Shown: positions 13,601 through 27,400, counted from the first letter of the stretch. The stretch is DNA of 64,000 nt from Zygnema circumcarinatum SAG 698-1b (GCA_037447605.1 CM074806.1:3038001-3102000); one strand, 5' to 3'. Notes: generated by a model not told the origin, from the sequence alone. A program made the numbers and translations.

Positions 13601-14785
13601 CCACGTTCAAGAATTTATTGACAGCTTTACTGGCACAACATACAAACAACACAACAGCAATGACAACATGCGTGTGTCTTGACAAGACATCCGGACCATG
13701 ACTAATGCAATCCAAAAAAGGATGAATTTGGAAGAAAGCCAACCCCTTCACCCCTTCTTCTTTTTTCGGACTTCCTTACTACCTTGTTCAAGCCTGTCAC
13801 ATTCATCAAGGAACCCCAGGCGTCCTATCGGCTATCCGCAATTCAAAGATATCAATGATAGGAGAAATCGTGCCATTGCAGATGTCACAGCATAATTGAT
13901 AGCATAAGAGGCAGCAATGTCAGGGCGGTGGTGGTAATCGACACTAATTCTAACTTTCGCAAACGCCTATATTGTCTCCCACTGGAAAAGCGGTGCATAG
14001 AAATGACAGTAGCTCGATATCAGCCAGGCGACAAGGCAGGCGTCCCTAACTGTCTGTTTAGCACACTATGCAATTGGTGCCAGTATTTCCTTACACCATG
14101 CAGAGTGCCCCGCAGATTCAACACAGCAAGAATGGAAGCTGCTACCACTTTTATTCCTCAAAATGGGCACTAAAACACATCGAGATCAGAAGAAGGCACA
14201 GGGCAAGGGAAGCACCTGAATTGGAAACAGCTCCAAAATTCCACGCTTAATCAAAGCTTCCTCCAACTCCTTGCATAATCCCAAGTTCTGCACTGCTAAA
14301 TCAGGGTTCCCTGCCACCTGCTCATCTTCACTGCCCTCGTACTCATCCTCTGAATCCTCTTCGTCAGACGATCCTCTGAAGGAACTTCCGTTGCTTGTAA
14401 GCTTCTCCGACGCCAGACCCGAAGGCCCGAACAACATTTCCTGCCCAGCCAAACGCTCTCCTCCAGCTCGCACCCGGTCCATGGACTCCCTATCGTCAAC
14501 GAAGTAATCCGCTGCAGCGACCGCATTCGCATCAGCCCGTACAACTGAGCAGTGGAAGTTCCTGTAGGAGAAATTGGCGGTTCCAAGGACACTCCCTCCC
14601 AGAATATCAGACCTCCCCCTCTCTCCCGTCAAGAAGACGCCTCCTGAGAGGGACATAGGAGCCGCCATCCGGCCGCTATGACTCGCTGCCGCGGGCATCG
14701 CTGAAAGGATGCACTCCTTCCCTTGCGATGCCACGTAGCAGAGGCTTCCCCTTGCAGGCGCTGTGAGCGCCAAGGGAGTCGCCAT
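7696..14785 (-). CDS. RH3: Chloroplast DEAD-box ATP-dependent RNA helicase RH3-like (DEAD, helicase-C, GUCT, C-terminal zinc knuckle)
   Basis: Exons 14785-14216, 13584-13451, 12861-12450, 11941-11843, 10788-10564, 10186-9809, 9684-9538, 9121-9026, 8613-8387 and 7966-7696. Motifs: FPIQ (Q), [58 protein letters not shown] (GAVFDVP), an RGG/SR-rich tail and [14 protein letters not shown]. The N-terminus resembles a transit peptide. Confidence 0.96.
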
Positions 14786-14949
14786 CGTGCACCGCCAAAG
14801 GGCGCGGGATGCTCTTTCGATCCGCCTCGACGCCACCCTGAGCTTCGGCGGGGCAGGAAGACCTGCAACGGAGGATGCCGGGGAGCGCACTAAGCAGGCA
14901 GCGTTTGACGACTTTCGAAGGCTTAGAAGGATGCACTCAGTCCTCAATT

Positions 14950-15660
14950 GCGCTCAGCGTCTTGAGGAGACCCGTGCAAGGAACGCAAGCGCTACTTCGG
15001 CTGCCGCAGAGACGTCCTCTTTAAGTGGGCGACCTGAGCTTGCAGGAGGTCGGGGGGGGGGCGGGGAAGCCTCCGCGGGGGAGGAGGGAGGCGCGGGCGG
15101 TGGATTTCAGAGAGGATAGACAGGGAGGGGGAGGGGGCTTTGTGCCGGAGGCCGCTTTTTTGGCGGCGCACGCTAGAGATCAATTTTTTTCTGGAAAAAT
15201 AAATTTCCCATGGAGCGTGGACGGCTCGCAGGCGCCGAGAAAAATGATCGACGGTCATATGTAATTTCTAAGTCTGCCCGGAGAAGCGGGCAAGGAAAGG
15301 AAAGGCAGGAAAATGTTTCTGTTCGTGCCCTCCCTCCCGCGGGGTGGGGTAGCGGCGTGTCGGTGTCGGCTGTGCGGCGGCTCGCCCTACTTCCTTCCGC
15401 CGACAGAAGCGACTGACCTCCGCCGTCCGATGGAAGCTGAGGCTCCCGATTGGTCGAGCCACGGAGATCGGACGGCCAAGAGGCGGCCACGAGGAGGGAA
15501 ATTTTTCAGGGCGGTGGCGTTCCTGGCATCGTTCGTTTGCGCTTTTCTCGGGCGCGTTGGGCCCACATTGCCGCAGGATTTTTTGGACCGTACGGCCGTA
15601 TGGTACCGTACGGTACGGCATATTTCGTACAATAGTTGTACGGTGCTAAAGCTTGAGTAG
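14950..15660 (-). promoter_or_regulatory. GC/CpG-rich upstream region of RH3 with a CGTAC motif cluster
   Basis: GC-rich non-coding segment upstream of the ATG at 14785. It carries a dense cluster ccgtacggccgtatggtaccgtacggtacgg..ttcgtacaata..gtacgg at ~15588-15645 and a TGGGCC site-II-like element near 15558. Confidence 0.45.
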
Positions 15661-16203
15661 CTAAAATGACGATGGCTGTCAATTCAAATTCTGTCCTGGT
15701 TCTGTTCGTCCTCAGAAAAGGAATGAGAGAGAGAGAGAGCCAAAATCAGCACCAAGTCTCATAAGAAAAGTTTGGGACAAGAAATTTTTTTACTTCTTGA
15801 CTCATTTAGAAACAAGAAATGTCAATTGCTGCTTCATTCAGTTCATTGGAGGATCCCTGACGCCCACATATACTAGAAATTTAGCTACCTTGTCAATCTA
15901 GACAGCAATTCTAAAACCCGGGTTTGCAGAAGAGAGTCATCATTAAATGAACTGCTATCCTTTTCCTTTTAAAGAAGTCCCCAATGTCCTATCCGGACAA
16001 ATCAGTTGAAGTGGGAGCGTCTGGTTTAACAAGGAGCCCGCCTGCCTGGACAAATTAGGGTTTCACCTACAGGGCTCCCTCCAAACATATCCCAACCTGT
16101 GAGAATGCTCCAATAATGCGTTTGTACGACCTAACGAATATACACTGCATGCGACACACTGGTTTTGAATGGACGTGAAAGGATATTGACCGCTGAAAGA
16201 TGG

Positions 16204-19200
16204 TCATATTGAAAGCTCCGGAGCCTTGAGAGGATGAGCTTCCGGAGACTCCGCAAGTTGTACATCATTCAGCGAACTGCGGCTCCAAGCCAAGATATTG
16301 CGCTGTGACGCCTGTCACACCCAAAACCAGACACAAGCTACCCTGAATTGCATTCCTTCAACAAGCCAAAAAATATGAGCAAGGGCCGAGAAAAGCATTC
16401 TTCCTTTCGGGAAAGAGTAATCTAATCTCTCATTCATTCACTAACACAAGAGGCTGAAAAGTGAAGCAGAGTCCATGCCATGCAGTGGAAAGGAAAGCCT
16501 GCGGGGGGACCTCTCTCAGAATGTGCGGATCTTCCTCCTCGGGGAGGATGTTGTGAAGAATGACTGCCACAAGGAACGCCAAAGCGAAGCCTGTGCCCAT
16601 AAGGATGGAGACGCTGTTGCTGCATCCACAGTACAGCCGTACTAATTTCATACTTCGTAAGTACTGCTTCAAATCGGCCGATAAAAGGGGGGTCAGAAAG
16701 AAAGAAAGAAAGAAAGAAGGGAGAAAGAAGTACGGCGTAAGGGAGCCGCTTTTGATCTTCAAATGTCCGTAGTTCGGTTCACTTTCGAGAAATCCATGGA
16801 GTGTTCATCGCATGCATGGGTGGCCAAAGTATAAATAGAGCAGAGAAAGAGAGGGACGGTATGGTTGAGAGTACCAAATTGACTTTGTAAGAATGTTCAT
16901 GTCGTCTGTGAGAGGCCAAAGCGTTACACCCCAATTAGGCACAAGGGTCGCTCCAAGGCCAACTCCCCCGGCCATGACTTGAATGAACCGAATCCTTCGG
17001 TTAAAGTTTGTCATCATCATCAGCTGCGGCATTTCCGATAGGTTTTATTCTATGTATCAGTTTAGAGCAAGCAAGTGCAAGCAAAACACATACCCGAGTC
17101 TAGGGAAGACAAATTCTTCCGCTGCTGCTTTCAATTGTAAATATCGGCGGGTTACGAATCCTTGACTCACCCGAATGCCGGCTATTCCAACTGTGGAAAA
17201 AATGCACACTTGCATTCCCCCGAGTACACAGTTTGGTGCGTTTGCCAAAAAAGCGCCGAGCTGCAGTTCCATCCTCCCATGTCAACAATCAGACAGCAGC
17301 ACTTATTTGAAAGAACATCCTAATGCTAATTGCTGCACTTTCTCTTCCGGGAAACAACCCTTTGACAACCCCTCGATTCTCCCTCCATTCACCTTCCCCA
17401 GAACGCCAAAAAGCAGCAGCCAAGCTCCACAGAACGTCCCCGCAATGCGACTCGCGACCATAGTGAAGGAGATGACTCCATTGTTTTGCGCGTACACGAG
17501 AACAGGCATCACGCCGGAGAGGGAGGCGAAGAGGCTGTTCACGCCTGCAGGGACACTCCCCAATATTACTTTGCTTTCTCCTTGCTTTCATTCTTTCAGT
17601 CTCTTCGCCTCTTTCATTCCCTCTCTCTCTCTCTTCGCTCTCCCTCTCCGTCTCACGTTTAATTGAGCTTTACAATGGAGCCAAGCATGAACCTTCGGTT
17701 TGGAATGAAGACTATTGGGAGGGCATTTTAAGTCTTAGAGGCTTAAAAAGTCGACACTCTCGTGACGGGTGAGGCAGGTTTCTTAAGGAGATGACCAATG
17801 CGATTCTCCTATCCTGAATTTTCGGAAAAAGAACTACCTTGACGATCACGATAACACTGGAAGCGAGTGTGGAAGTATTGAGAACACGAAAAGCAAGAGA
17901 TGGCTCAGGTACAGCAAGATGGCAAAAAAAAAAAAATGATGGGGAACAGTCACATTAGACTAATAAAAGTAAGAATGATTACTATGTGGAGCAAGCTCAC
18001 TCAGTCAGTTACAGCCGTTCATCTTGGTTATACGTTCGTCTTCATCCACACAAGAGGCATGTCCAATGAGCAATGCAAAGGTTTCCTGCATAGATCTCTG
18101 CCGTTTCCTTGAATCGAAGCTCACCATCAGCCAACAGTCCACCCTGAAGGTGGGCATCGTGCTCGGGGCCAAACGTGGCCAGACCAGAAGCTTCCTGGAA
18201 GGCGCCAGTAATCCACAGAGAGCACAAACGTGAAGGCAAAATTCTGATGGATTGGTTTGAGCGTTTAGCCTTGCTAAAGAAGTCCGCACCTCAAGACAAG
18301 GAAAAGCTCCTAAAACCGGTCACCTGTGAATAGGTTAAGTCTCGACATATGCGAGCGGGCAAGACATGTGGGTAGAATGCAAAGAATGCAAGAAAGCTAG
18401 CAACAACTTGCATTGTCAGTGTTTGAATCGGCTTCCATGTACCTCTGAAGAGGTGATGTCCCCAACAGTGTTCACAGCATCAACAGCGAACGCAATCACA
18501 GTTGGGAGAAGAGCCGCCGGGTAAAATCCAAGACGGAAAGTTTTTGTCTGCCCGAGAAATGTCCGCAGCAGCCCAATGTCGGAATGAACTAGGCAGATAG
18601 AAGGCAGGTGTTTGAGATTTGAAGGTCAAAAGAAATGGAATATTCGTAAGCAAGCGATAGGGAGCCAGATAAAAATAAAGTAAAAACCCGAAAAAAACGC
18701 CGAAAGGTAAGATAAATAGACACCCATTTATCCAAGTCAGTACCTCACCCACAAGAATTGGAAACTTGAGGTGTTATCTATGGCATCGTTGTTGATAAAC
18801 GTTCGATCCTCAGCACTGCATAAGGCTGCCACGCCATAACCGACAAGGAAGCCCGCGACGATCTGCACATTGCAGGAGAAAGGGGCTGTGAAATGGACGA
18901 ACCATAGCTTTAAAATGACAAAAGCGGCATACGAATTTGTAGAGAACCTAAAAGGTCCAAAGTGGTTGTTTCCAGCAGCATGAAACCCCACAATGCGAGA
19001 GTATAACATGAAGGGTGTAGTTTGCAAGAAGCAGCAGTCGTCGACTCTGATGTACCAACAACGAAGGCGTAAATCTTGAAGAGCAAACATCTTAAGGTGA
19101 AATCGGCATTTAATGGGTAGAAAAGGCAAAAAACAATAACCTGAATATTTCGCAGAAAAGGCGAACCCCAAACTTCGATAATCATGATGGAGAGGAAAAC

Positions 19201-22200
19201 AGAGGCGCCAATTCCAATGTAAGCGGCGCTTCCAAAAGGAAGAATGACATTCCCGTTGCCCTTACACAGAGTGTTACCATCAGCGCATTCACTCCCTCCG
19301 CCCCAATTCTGCTCGCAGCTCCCAATCATCACATAACACCAACACAAAGCAGACCAAAGCAGACATCAGAAAATGATGCGAGCAACATCTGGGAATTCAA
19401 AACAACAACGTGAATCCAAAAGTGTACCAAAGAGGGAGTTAAACCCATTCCCAATTGTTACACAATGAGGTTTTCTGCATCTGTCCCTGATGATTGAGAA
19501 ATGATGCATGTATTACTGAAGTAAAGAACTGGAGAAAATAAATACATTTAATGGTATTACATCAGGCCGATGAAAATCCCATTCAAAGTTTGGCCAATGT
19601 GCTCACCTTCATGCCAACTCCGATAAGGTTGACCCCTCCCACAAACACCGTTAAGCCCGCGATCCAAGGTGGAAAAAGTCGATCCATTGCTTTTGGAGGA
19701 AGAAACGAAATGAGGATAACTGTGACTGAAGGATGGAGAAGGCAGCACAATCACGGAGTCAGCTAACTCCCTCCAAACATGGTAAACCAGCAACAAACTG
19801 AAGAATATACTCTTTATTATCAACAATCACAGAAGAGCTCGACTGCTGAATGCAAGCAGTATTCAAGCGCAAGAAACAGTTATGCTCCAACATAGAAATT
19901 CCTGGTGTCCACCCTTTTCCTCTTAGCCTCTTTTCCAGATAGCTTTTTCTCCCTCCTTGCCCCACATTGTTTTCCTTTCTCCCCTTCATTTGCTAAAAGA
20001 TACATACTGGAAGAAATAGCGAGTGTGCCGAGTAAACGGCCGTAGGCATCCGCCCAATCCACACCATCTTTCTGCAGATTCACCGAATAAGCAAAGCAAA
20101 TAGAGGAGCATGATAAGGGCGAGGACTGGACACTTGCATTGGAAGCAGAGGACTATGTAGATGGTTAACAAGCTCCGCAGCATGGAGAACAAACAAGATC
20201 ATACTCAAAAAATAATGAAAGAGACCCCAGGAAGAAACGCCTTTGGAAAAAAAATCCAAAAACCCACAAGCAAACAACCAGCATACAGTACTCTTGCTAG
20301 AGCTGACAGCCTGTGCATTAAATGTCCTGCAACTGCAAAAAAGGTGACTGAATCCATGCCCATGACCCGAACCTCCAGCAGGATATTGGCTGTTCCGAAA
20401 CAGTTGTTAATGGAGACATCATACTTTACTAATGTGATGGACGGGCTACCTTTTCCCTGTCATTGACGATGACTATTCTGGCTGAATATTTTCTCGTCTG
20501 TATACATGTGGAGACCCTGGTGCCATCTGCGTAAGAAGGAGAGGAAGAGGGCGGCGTACCGTCTGCTGCTGCAGTCCCGCAACTACAACTTGAAGCTGTT
20601 GCATCCCCGTTCCAACCACCGTGATAAGGCCCGTTCCATAAAAATACTTTGTCCCCGGGATCTTCCAACGCATGCATTGAATGATGGAACCAATGCCGCT
20701 TGTGATCAGTGAAGCAGATACACAATCTGTCGGACCAACCGTTGAAATTCCCAGACTAAAATTACGGTTTGAATGGCAAGATAATGGCGGTCTGACAAGA
20801 CTAGAAAGAAAGCATTGAGTTGAGGCCGAATACTAAGATGAATTGAAAGTCCATGTGCAGATATTTGTGAGTGGACACAACACGACAAGAAAGCTGCCCG
20901 AAGTATGTAAGGACCGAGCTCGGAAAGCAGAAGTATCCAACGCAAAGATGACATTGTGACTGGCAGATGATGGTGGTCCTCTGGACGGATAGACCATTAA
21001 GTTTGTAATGTTCAAGTGTCAAGAGCGGTGGTGAAAAGAAAAAATTGAGATCATAGTGATAAAGCAATTTCTGGTTAGAAGAGGTGACAAGGCATTGTTG
21101 TTTGTTGACCATTTAAGAACGAATCTTGCATTTTCTGCCAACCACTACCCTTTCAAGCTCAATCTGTTCGAGTTGCACTTGTTGCCCTTTCAAATTAACG
21201 AGGTTCTAGTACATTCATCGTGAGGCCTATCAAGCAGCCAAAAAGGAAAGTATGGCGCACAAGACCGAACAGAGATGTCAGATTGTGTCGCAGCGATGAT
21301 GATTGGCGGCACGATGATACCGCCCACCATGGCCACCGAGTGCTGAAAGCCCAGGAGGATGGCAAGCAGCCATGGCAACGGCTCCGTGACGGGGAAGAAG
21401 GAAGGAGCCTGCGACTGGAGGTGTGTGCCAGGAGATCGACAGAAGGGCCACCGTGGCTGGATGACACAAAGAAAGCGTTTGTCATGCAGTTAAAAATAAC
21501 TAGCGCATTGACGGGCAGTATAACAGTAACGCCATGTCGGTACTCTGCGGGTATTCGAATGAGATAGGGGCAGAAATTCATGGGCATGTCATCCCTATTC
21601 GCCGATTTCGAGACATTGCAGAATGCATCGCTACTCTGAGGAAGCTGATGTTCTGGACATAAGTGGCTTGACTATGAGAGTTGCAGCTAGTTGACTTTTT
21701 GTATTGACACAGCGCTCACGACGTTCTTTCAAGAACTTGTGATCCAAAAATGTGCTAGATTGATAAAAAGTTTTGCAGAATTTGAGTTTCCTTGCTACTT
21801 GCCATAGAGATAAAACTCCACATCTACCATAGCACTTGTGCTTACCCGGCAGAGGCTAACATAGTCATAATGACCGATGATGCACCCGACAGGGTCATTC
21901 ACATCCACCAACTTCTTGAAGTCTGTAATCCACCAGACGCACACACGAACTAAGAATTTCCTCTAAAATGACTCTTAAATTCCATATTTAACGTAACGGA
22001 GACAACTGTCTACAAACGAGACCTGTGATTATAAATGCATACCTTATAAAGCATGGCTCAACTCCTAGGGTTATATAAAAGGTCCAATTTACGTATGTTC
22101 CTGTGAGGGGCCTGAACTCATCTCAGTAAGCTTTTCTGTCTACATGCAAATTATACTACAAGTGCTCACGAAGTCAGCACCAGCGTAAGTGACACCATCT

Positions 22201-22328
22201 TCCGCCTGCTTCGCTGTTGCAGTCGCCTGCTCTTGCTGTGGACGATAAGACTGTGAAAAGTGGCCGCCACGATTGCATGGGGGCGACATGTGAAGCAAGG
22301 GCCTGCTACTCTGCTCTCCTGCTGTCAT
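16204..22328 (-). CDS. NCS2/NAT family uric acid-xanthine permease, UapA-like
   Basis: Exons approximately 22328-22170 (junction uncertain), 21922-21846, 21456-21261, 20726-20560, 20071-20008, 19725-19607, 19308-19141, 18862-18749, 18547-18443, 18194-18125, 17544-17393, 17260-17171, 17023-16875, 16619-~16508, with a probable last exon at 16311-16204. Motifs: YDYVSLCRPRWPF, LLGFQHSVAMVGG (TMS1 QH), GTGLITVVGT, AYGRLLGT, FPPWIAG, VGDITSSE, LQGGLLADG, NAT signature YAQNNGVISFTMVASR, PNCVLGG, NRRIRFI. Confidence 0.93.
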
Positions 22329-23158
22329 GGCACGTTATAGGTTTTGGAGCTAGGTTTTATTGCTAAAGCTGAAAAAATTTACTTTTAGCAGAACAGTTTC
22401 AGAATTTGCGACTATGGTTCTTAGTGTCCTTAGTGTTAAGTTTTCGAATTATTGCCGCTAAGTCAGTAACTACTCTGCTGTTTTGGGGTTAAGGATGCAA
22501 TTCTGAAGGTGGCCCGGCCAATACTCCGTTATTTTTTTACATTCAAAACAATCAGATTAAAAAAGTTGACATTTTCCGAATCGCAATTGTTACGGTTAAA
22601 TGGCATGGCGAAGCTGTGATTTGACACTTCAAAATTTAAAAAAAAAAATACATATATATATATATATAAATATCGAAAGAATAAGGTCCAAGTTCGGACT
22701 CTAACTCCACTCCTGCAGGTGCACTCGTGCAGCTCAACGTATAAGGCCGACTGGCAACAGTCGGAACGTATCAGCCTGAGCTTGATATGTACAGTGCTCG
22801 ATACAAGTTCGTATCGCACGAAAGAAAGTCTTCGATACATCTCACTATTCAGAAGTATCGTCCAATGTAGTACACTAATACTGTATATATATTCGCCCTG
22901 TCACGCTGACCATTTCCTCTTGGTTTCTCCATGTTGGTATTGTCCATGGCCATTTGATGGCATCGCCATCGTGAGACCAATCCCATTTCAAAAATTTCTA
23001 CACTGACTCATAGAGCCTTTCTCCGTTTTGCGAACAATGGACGATCATCCTCCATATGCAAAAGCAAAGTGTGCGGTTTAGGGTTGTAGAGTTTTAGGAT
23101 TTTAGAGTGTAAGGTACTCGGCGAGTCGCCGTTGGACTGCTTTAGTTCGCAAAGGAGA

Positions 23159-23634
23159 ATGGCCCATATTCAACTCGAGGCCAGGCCATCACCCTGGCTA
23201 CAGTATAGGGTGGCCTTACCAGGTATGAACAAACTTGGCGATAAACATTTTTTTGCGAACAAAGCGAGCGATGGGAAAGAATTCAACCTTTCGCCTCTCT
23301 GGCGAACTCCGCACAGAGAGGAAGAGTCGAGGGCACTTCAGTTGTGAGAATTTTTGTTTGGATGCGGCGAGCTTCGTTGATAGGAATCCATCCTTTGAGT
23401 GACGGGCTGTTCGAAGGAAGCCACTCAACTACCAGGAAAACGCATGCTGCAAACATTTTGAGATTTCCTCATGGAAACGCCAGATGTCAGAAGCAGCAAT
23501 GCGACGATCCAACGGGGACAGAGGGAGAACAGAAGCAGCGTAAGGAAAGCTGGAAGTGGATACGCAAGGCGGTGGCGCCATGGATGCGAAGGCGTTGCTT
23601 CCGCACACATTGCTTAATGCCAGACATGGGCTGA
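23159..23634 (+). CDS. Possible small two-exon orphan gene (~105 aa)
   Basis: A telobox-like tttagggtt at ~23077 precedes ATG 23159. Exon 23159-23222 (CCAG|gtatga) joins in phase to 23384-23634 (tag|GA). No recognisable domain, so it may be spurious. Confidence 0.25.
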
Positions 23635-24437
23635 ACATATGACTTGGAAGTTCTAAAGCTTGTAGATCGTCCGCTGTAGAATACAGTATGGACGGTTTCC
23701 ACAACTTTTAGCTTTGCTTATGTTGCGCAATGCTGCCAAGGACGATTCTGTGGGCGTGGAGAGCCAGTACACACAGGTAATCGTAGTTGACGAGTGCTTT
23801 TACTGAATTCAAATGTACAGCATGATTTTCTTTTTTTAACCATCTTCAGTAAGTCAACGCCGACTTTATTAGCTTAATAGGCGAGGCACATTGTTCCTTT
23901 CTTGAGCTTAACAATGATGCTAGGTGGTGGTGACCACTGGCATTGCACACATCTGACTGTGCTGTACCCAACAGCAAACGGCATGTAGCCTAGGGATGGC
24001 TGCATTTCAACTGGACGAAGACGTAGCCTCAACAATCTCTTCGTTTCCACTTTCGTTTCGGTTCTTTAGGTACTACCAATAGTTGAAGTGCCATGTCCCT
24101 GATGCACTATGGCAGAACCACCCCGAGCACAAATGTAAGGCGAGCTCAATGACCTCCATAATTAGTGCATATGTTCTAATAATCAATAATCCACGAAGAG
24201 TACTTATGGAGTACAGAGACATCTCCCCCCCCCTCATCACCCCATACCTACCATCCCCACATACTGAAATCTCCGCGTCCTGCATTTCTGCAGGCCAGCA
24301 GCCATCACACTGCGACGAATCATCCTCCAAACACTCACCCCCCCATTTAAAATAGGACAGAATTTTTTTTGACCTAACCTGCTCCTGTGACACTCTTCTA
24401 AATTTCGCTTTTCTCAGAGTCAACCACCTTGTTGCCT

Positions 24438-27400
24438 TCACCTGCTTCCAGCTGTCACATTGCCCTCAACGCTTTCGCTTTCTTGAACGACCAGAAGATT
24501 GGCCTTGCCAGCAGCATCCCTCGGTTCCTTTACTGCCCTCTTCTTTCTTCTTTCCACAAATTGCTGTCCATCCAAGGTCACCCCTTCACCGTTTTCCAGA
24601 ACATGTAACGCTTCTAGCTGTTCCCTGGATGATGTTGAGTCCAATGTTAGTGCACGACCTCCTTCTGTCTCCACTTGGTCAATGTTCATATTCGCACCAT
24701 CGTCCCCCAAACAAAGCTCTTGAGTCATATCGTGGTCTGTCCCCAGCACTGAGTGAGAATCCTCATTCGAGACTCTAACTTCAGCCTTAATTACCTCATC
24801 GATGAGGTAGTTACACGATGAAGTTTCCTTATATGTCGCCCTTCCCTCCACCCCCCTCATTGCTTCCTTGCCCCTTGTTTCCCCATTGTGATCGGCCATG
24901 CCACTATCACTGTCAACCTTATCCTCCAGTTCACCATGAACGCGCTCCATGAGGAGATCTGCCGTATTCCCCTCCCAACCCATTCGATCTACATTTCTTT
25001 CAACAGTCCAGTTGGGCCATCCGTTGAACGATTCCACAAGGCTATCCCTCAGTTCCACAACAGAATGTACATCTACGCCGTTTAACCATGTCCGGACCTC
25101 TTCCCCCGAGGCCACAACCCATCCTTCTCTACCAGGGCCCCTCTCTCCCCTGAAAGGGGATCCTAACGCTTTCAGATCATCAACAACAACAGCTCTAACT
25201 GACCGTAGCCTAACAAATTCTCCAGCCTCTTCCAAACAAGGCTCCTCATCCATTTGCAGGGTGGTAGCAACATCGTCCTCTCTAGCCAATGTTTCCCTCT
25301 CCCCAACACCAGCCTTGGCTACTTTGCTAATGCCGATGGATAGAAGCCTCGCGTCAACCTTCGCATCAACGCCCTCCTCCAAACCAAAACGTGAGCCCTC
25401 TAGCCCAATTTCAATCCTCACTTTCGCTGGCAGAGCCTTCACGTTTTCAAAACCCCAATCCATGAAGATGTTTCTCTTCAAGTTTCTGTTTGCAGGTTTT
25501 GTTCGTTTGCCTTGCTTCCCATCCTGTTCCCTAAGATGATTGTCCAAGGCCTTTAGCCAATGCCTGAAAGCAACCTGGCAGGGACCAGTTGTAAGGGGCT
25601 TCAAATGCAGTATCCACTCCACGGAAGTTACAGAGAAGAGTCCTTTGTAGGCCCCTGTTGCGCGACCAGCATAAAAACATTCGGCTGCTCGTGCTTGAAA
25701 TCCAACAGTCCAAAGTACGTTAATCAAAAGGTTGCAAATCTGATTGCGTTCATCCACAGGTAGTGACCTCAGAAATGCTTCGTAGTCCAGCCTCCCTTGC
25801 CCTCGGGGAACTAGTGGATTATCAGCCGTCTGATGTCCTCGGACTTCAGCTACGTCCTGTTCAGGTGCAGTCAGAATGTCATATAAGCTGCTACAACCTT
25901 CTTTAGCTAAGTAAAGAAAATGCTCGGCTTCCCTAGCGTTTTGGCACTTATCAAGAATCCTCAGCAAGTGCGGCATAGACAAGCGGTCACTCGCCCATTG
26001 CAGGGCGTCCTCCCTCATCTCCTTCATAACTTCTTCAATTTGCCCAACCTTTTTTCCATCTGCTAGTCCCCACATCAGCGCTGTGAAGGCGACATTATCA
26101 ATAGGCTTTCCGCCCTTCTTCATCGATTTAATAAGCCCCAACGCCTTCTGCAGCTGCCCACTTTCCGCATACAGCCTAATCATTATACTACGTGTCACCT
26201 CATCCCGCCTAACTCCATCTGCCCTCATTTGGGCAAAAACTTCTTGCCCCTTTTCAAAAAGTCGATATAGTCTACAAAATTGCAAAACATTATTGTACAG
26301 CGAAGTATCTCTCCCAAAGAGGCTCCTGTGCTCCTCAAAAGTCCGAAGTGCCGACTCAATGTTGCCAATCTTCCCATACGAGACGACCAAAACTGCTGCG
26401 GACTTGCTGTTTGGTTTGATCCCCTTGTCCTTCATCTCCTCCATGAACTGAATTGTCTGCTTGGCCATACCTGACCTAGCAAAACCGCTAATGAGAGTGC
26501 AATACGCCACTTCATTGGTTTCCAACCCTTGTGCTTCCATATCACGTAAAACTGAAACGGCCTCCTTCCACTTGCCCCACCGAACATACAACTGAATAGC
26601 TGTGCCATACGTAGTCCCATCCAGTTTCCACCCTTTCTTTTTCATTTGAGTGAACAGCATCGCCCCTTCCTTCAGCCTTCCTGCGCGCCCCAGTGTGTTC
26701 ATCATAGTGCAGTATGTCACCTGATCAGGGATTTCACCTTCATCTTGCATGCGGTAGAACCAGTCGATTGCTTTCACGGGAGCACCACATCTAGGAGTCA
26801 ACACAGAGAATGAAATTAGCCCCCAAACAGAGTTCCTCAAAAACCTTAAAACCAAAAGCCACAAAGATGGCTTACGCCTTCCTATTCCATTCTTAAGAAC
26901 ATGCACCTCTGCGTTGGAATTCGTAGTCACCCGCATTCTCTACGAACTTTTAGTTTCTACTTAAGGTACAGGTTCAGATGAACTGCTGACAGTTACCTTG
27001 ACGCCGAGCTGATGAGGCTGCTGTATGTGTACTTGTCCGGCTTCAATCCAGCTGCTTGCATCTCCGTCACCATGCTTTCGACAGCTGCCAAATGGCACAG
27101 TTTGCTTGCTTTCTTCAATAACAGATTATAGTGGATCACTTCTGGACTTAATCCGTCCTGCAAACAACAATTTGACGTAGGGCTGATTGACGATGGCATT
27201 AAAAAACATAACACAAAAGCGGAGCTTCAAGACGCTAGACGACAATACAAGCTAGAGACTAAATTATCTTCGACCTCAAATCTGAGCTTTGCACTGCTTT
27301 ACAATTTAATTCAGCAATGAGGGCGGGACAGCAAGCTGCCATAGTGGAAGGAGACACTTGGGGCATACAGTCTTGCTCTGGAACAAACCTGCTTTTTCAT

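Noticed and set aside
22756-22774. CCGACTG-GCAA-CAGTCGG GNRA hairpin between (TA)n runs
   Set aside because: An isolated 7-bp stem with no paired termini, TSD or RNA-gene context.
24499-26451. Plus-strand ORFs up to 196 aa opposite the PPR-SMR exon, and similar antisense ORFs over RH3, NOI and RNF10 exons
   Set aside because: These are shadow ORFs from codon bias of the real genes on the opposite strand.
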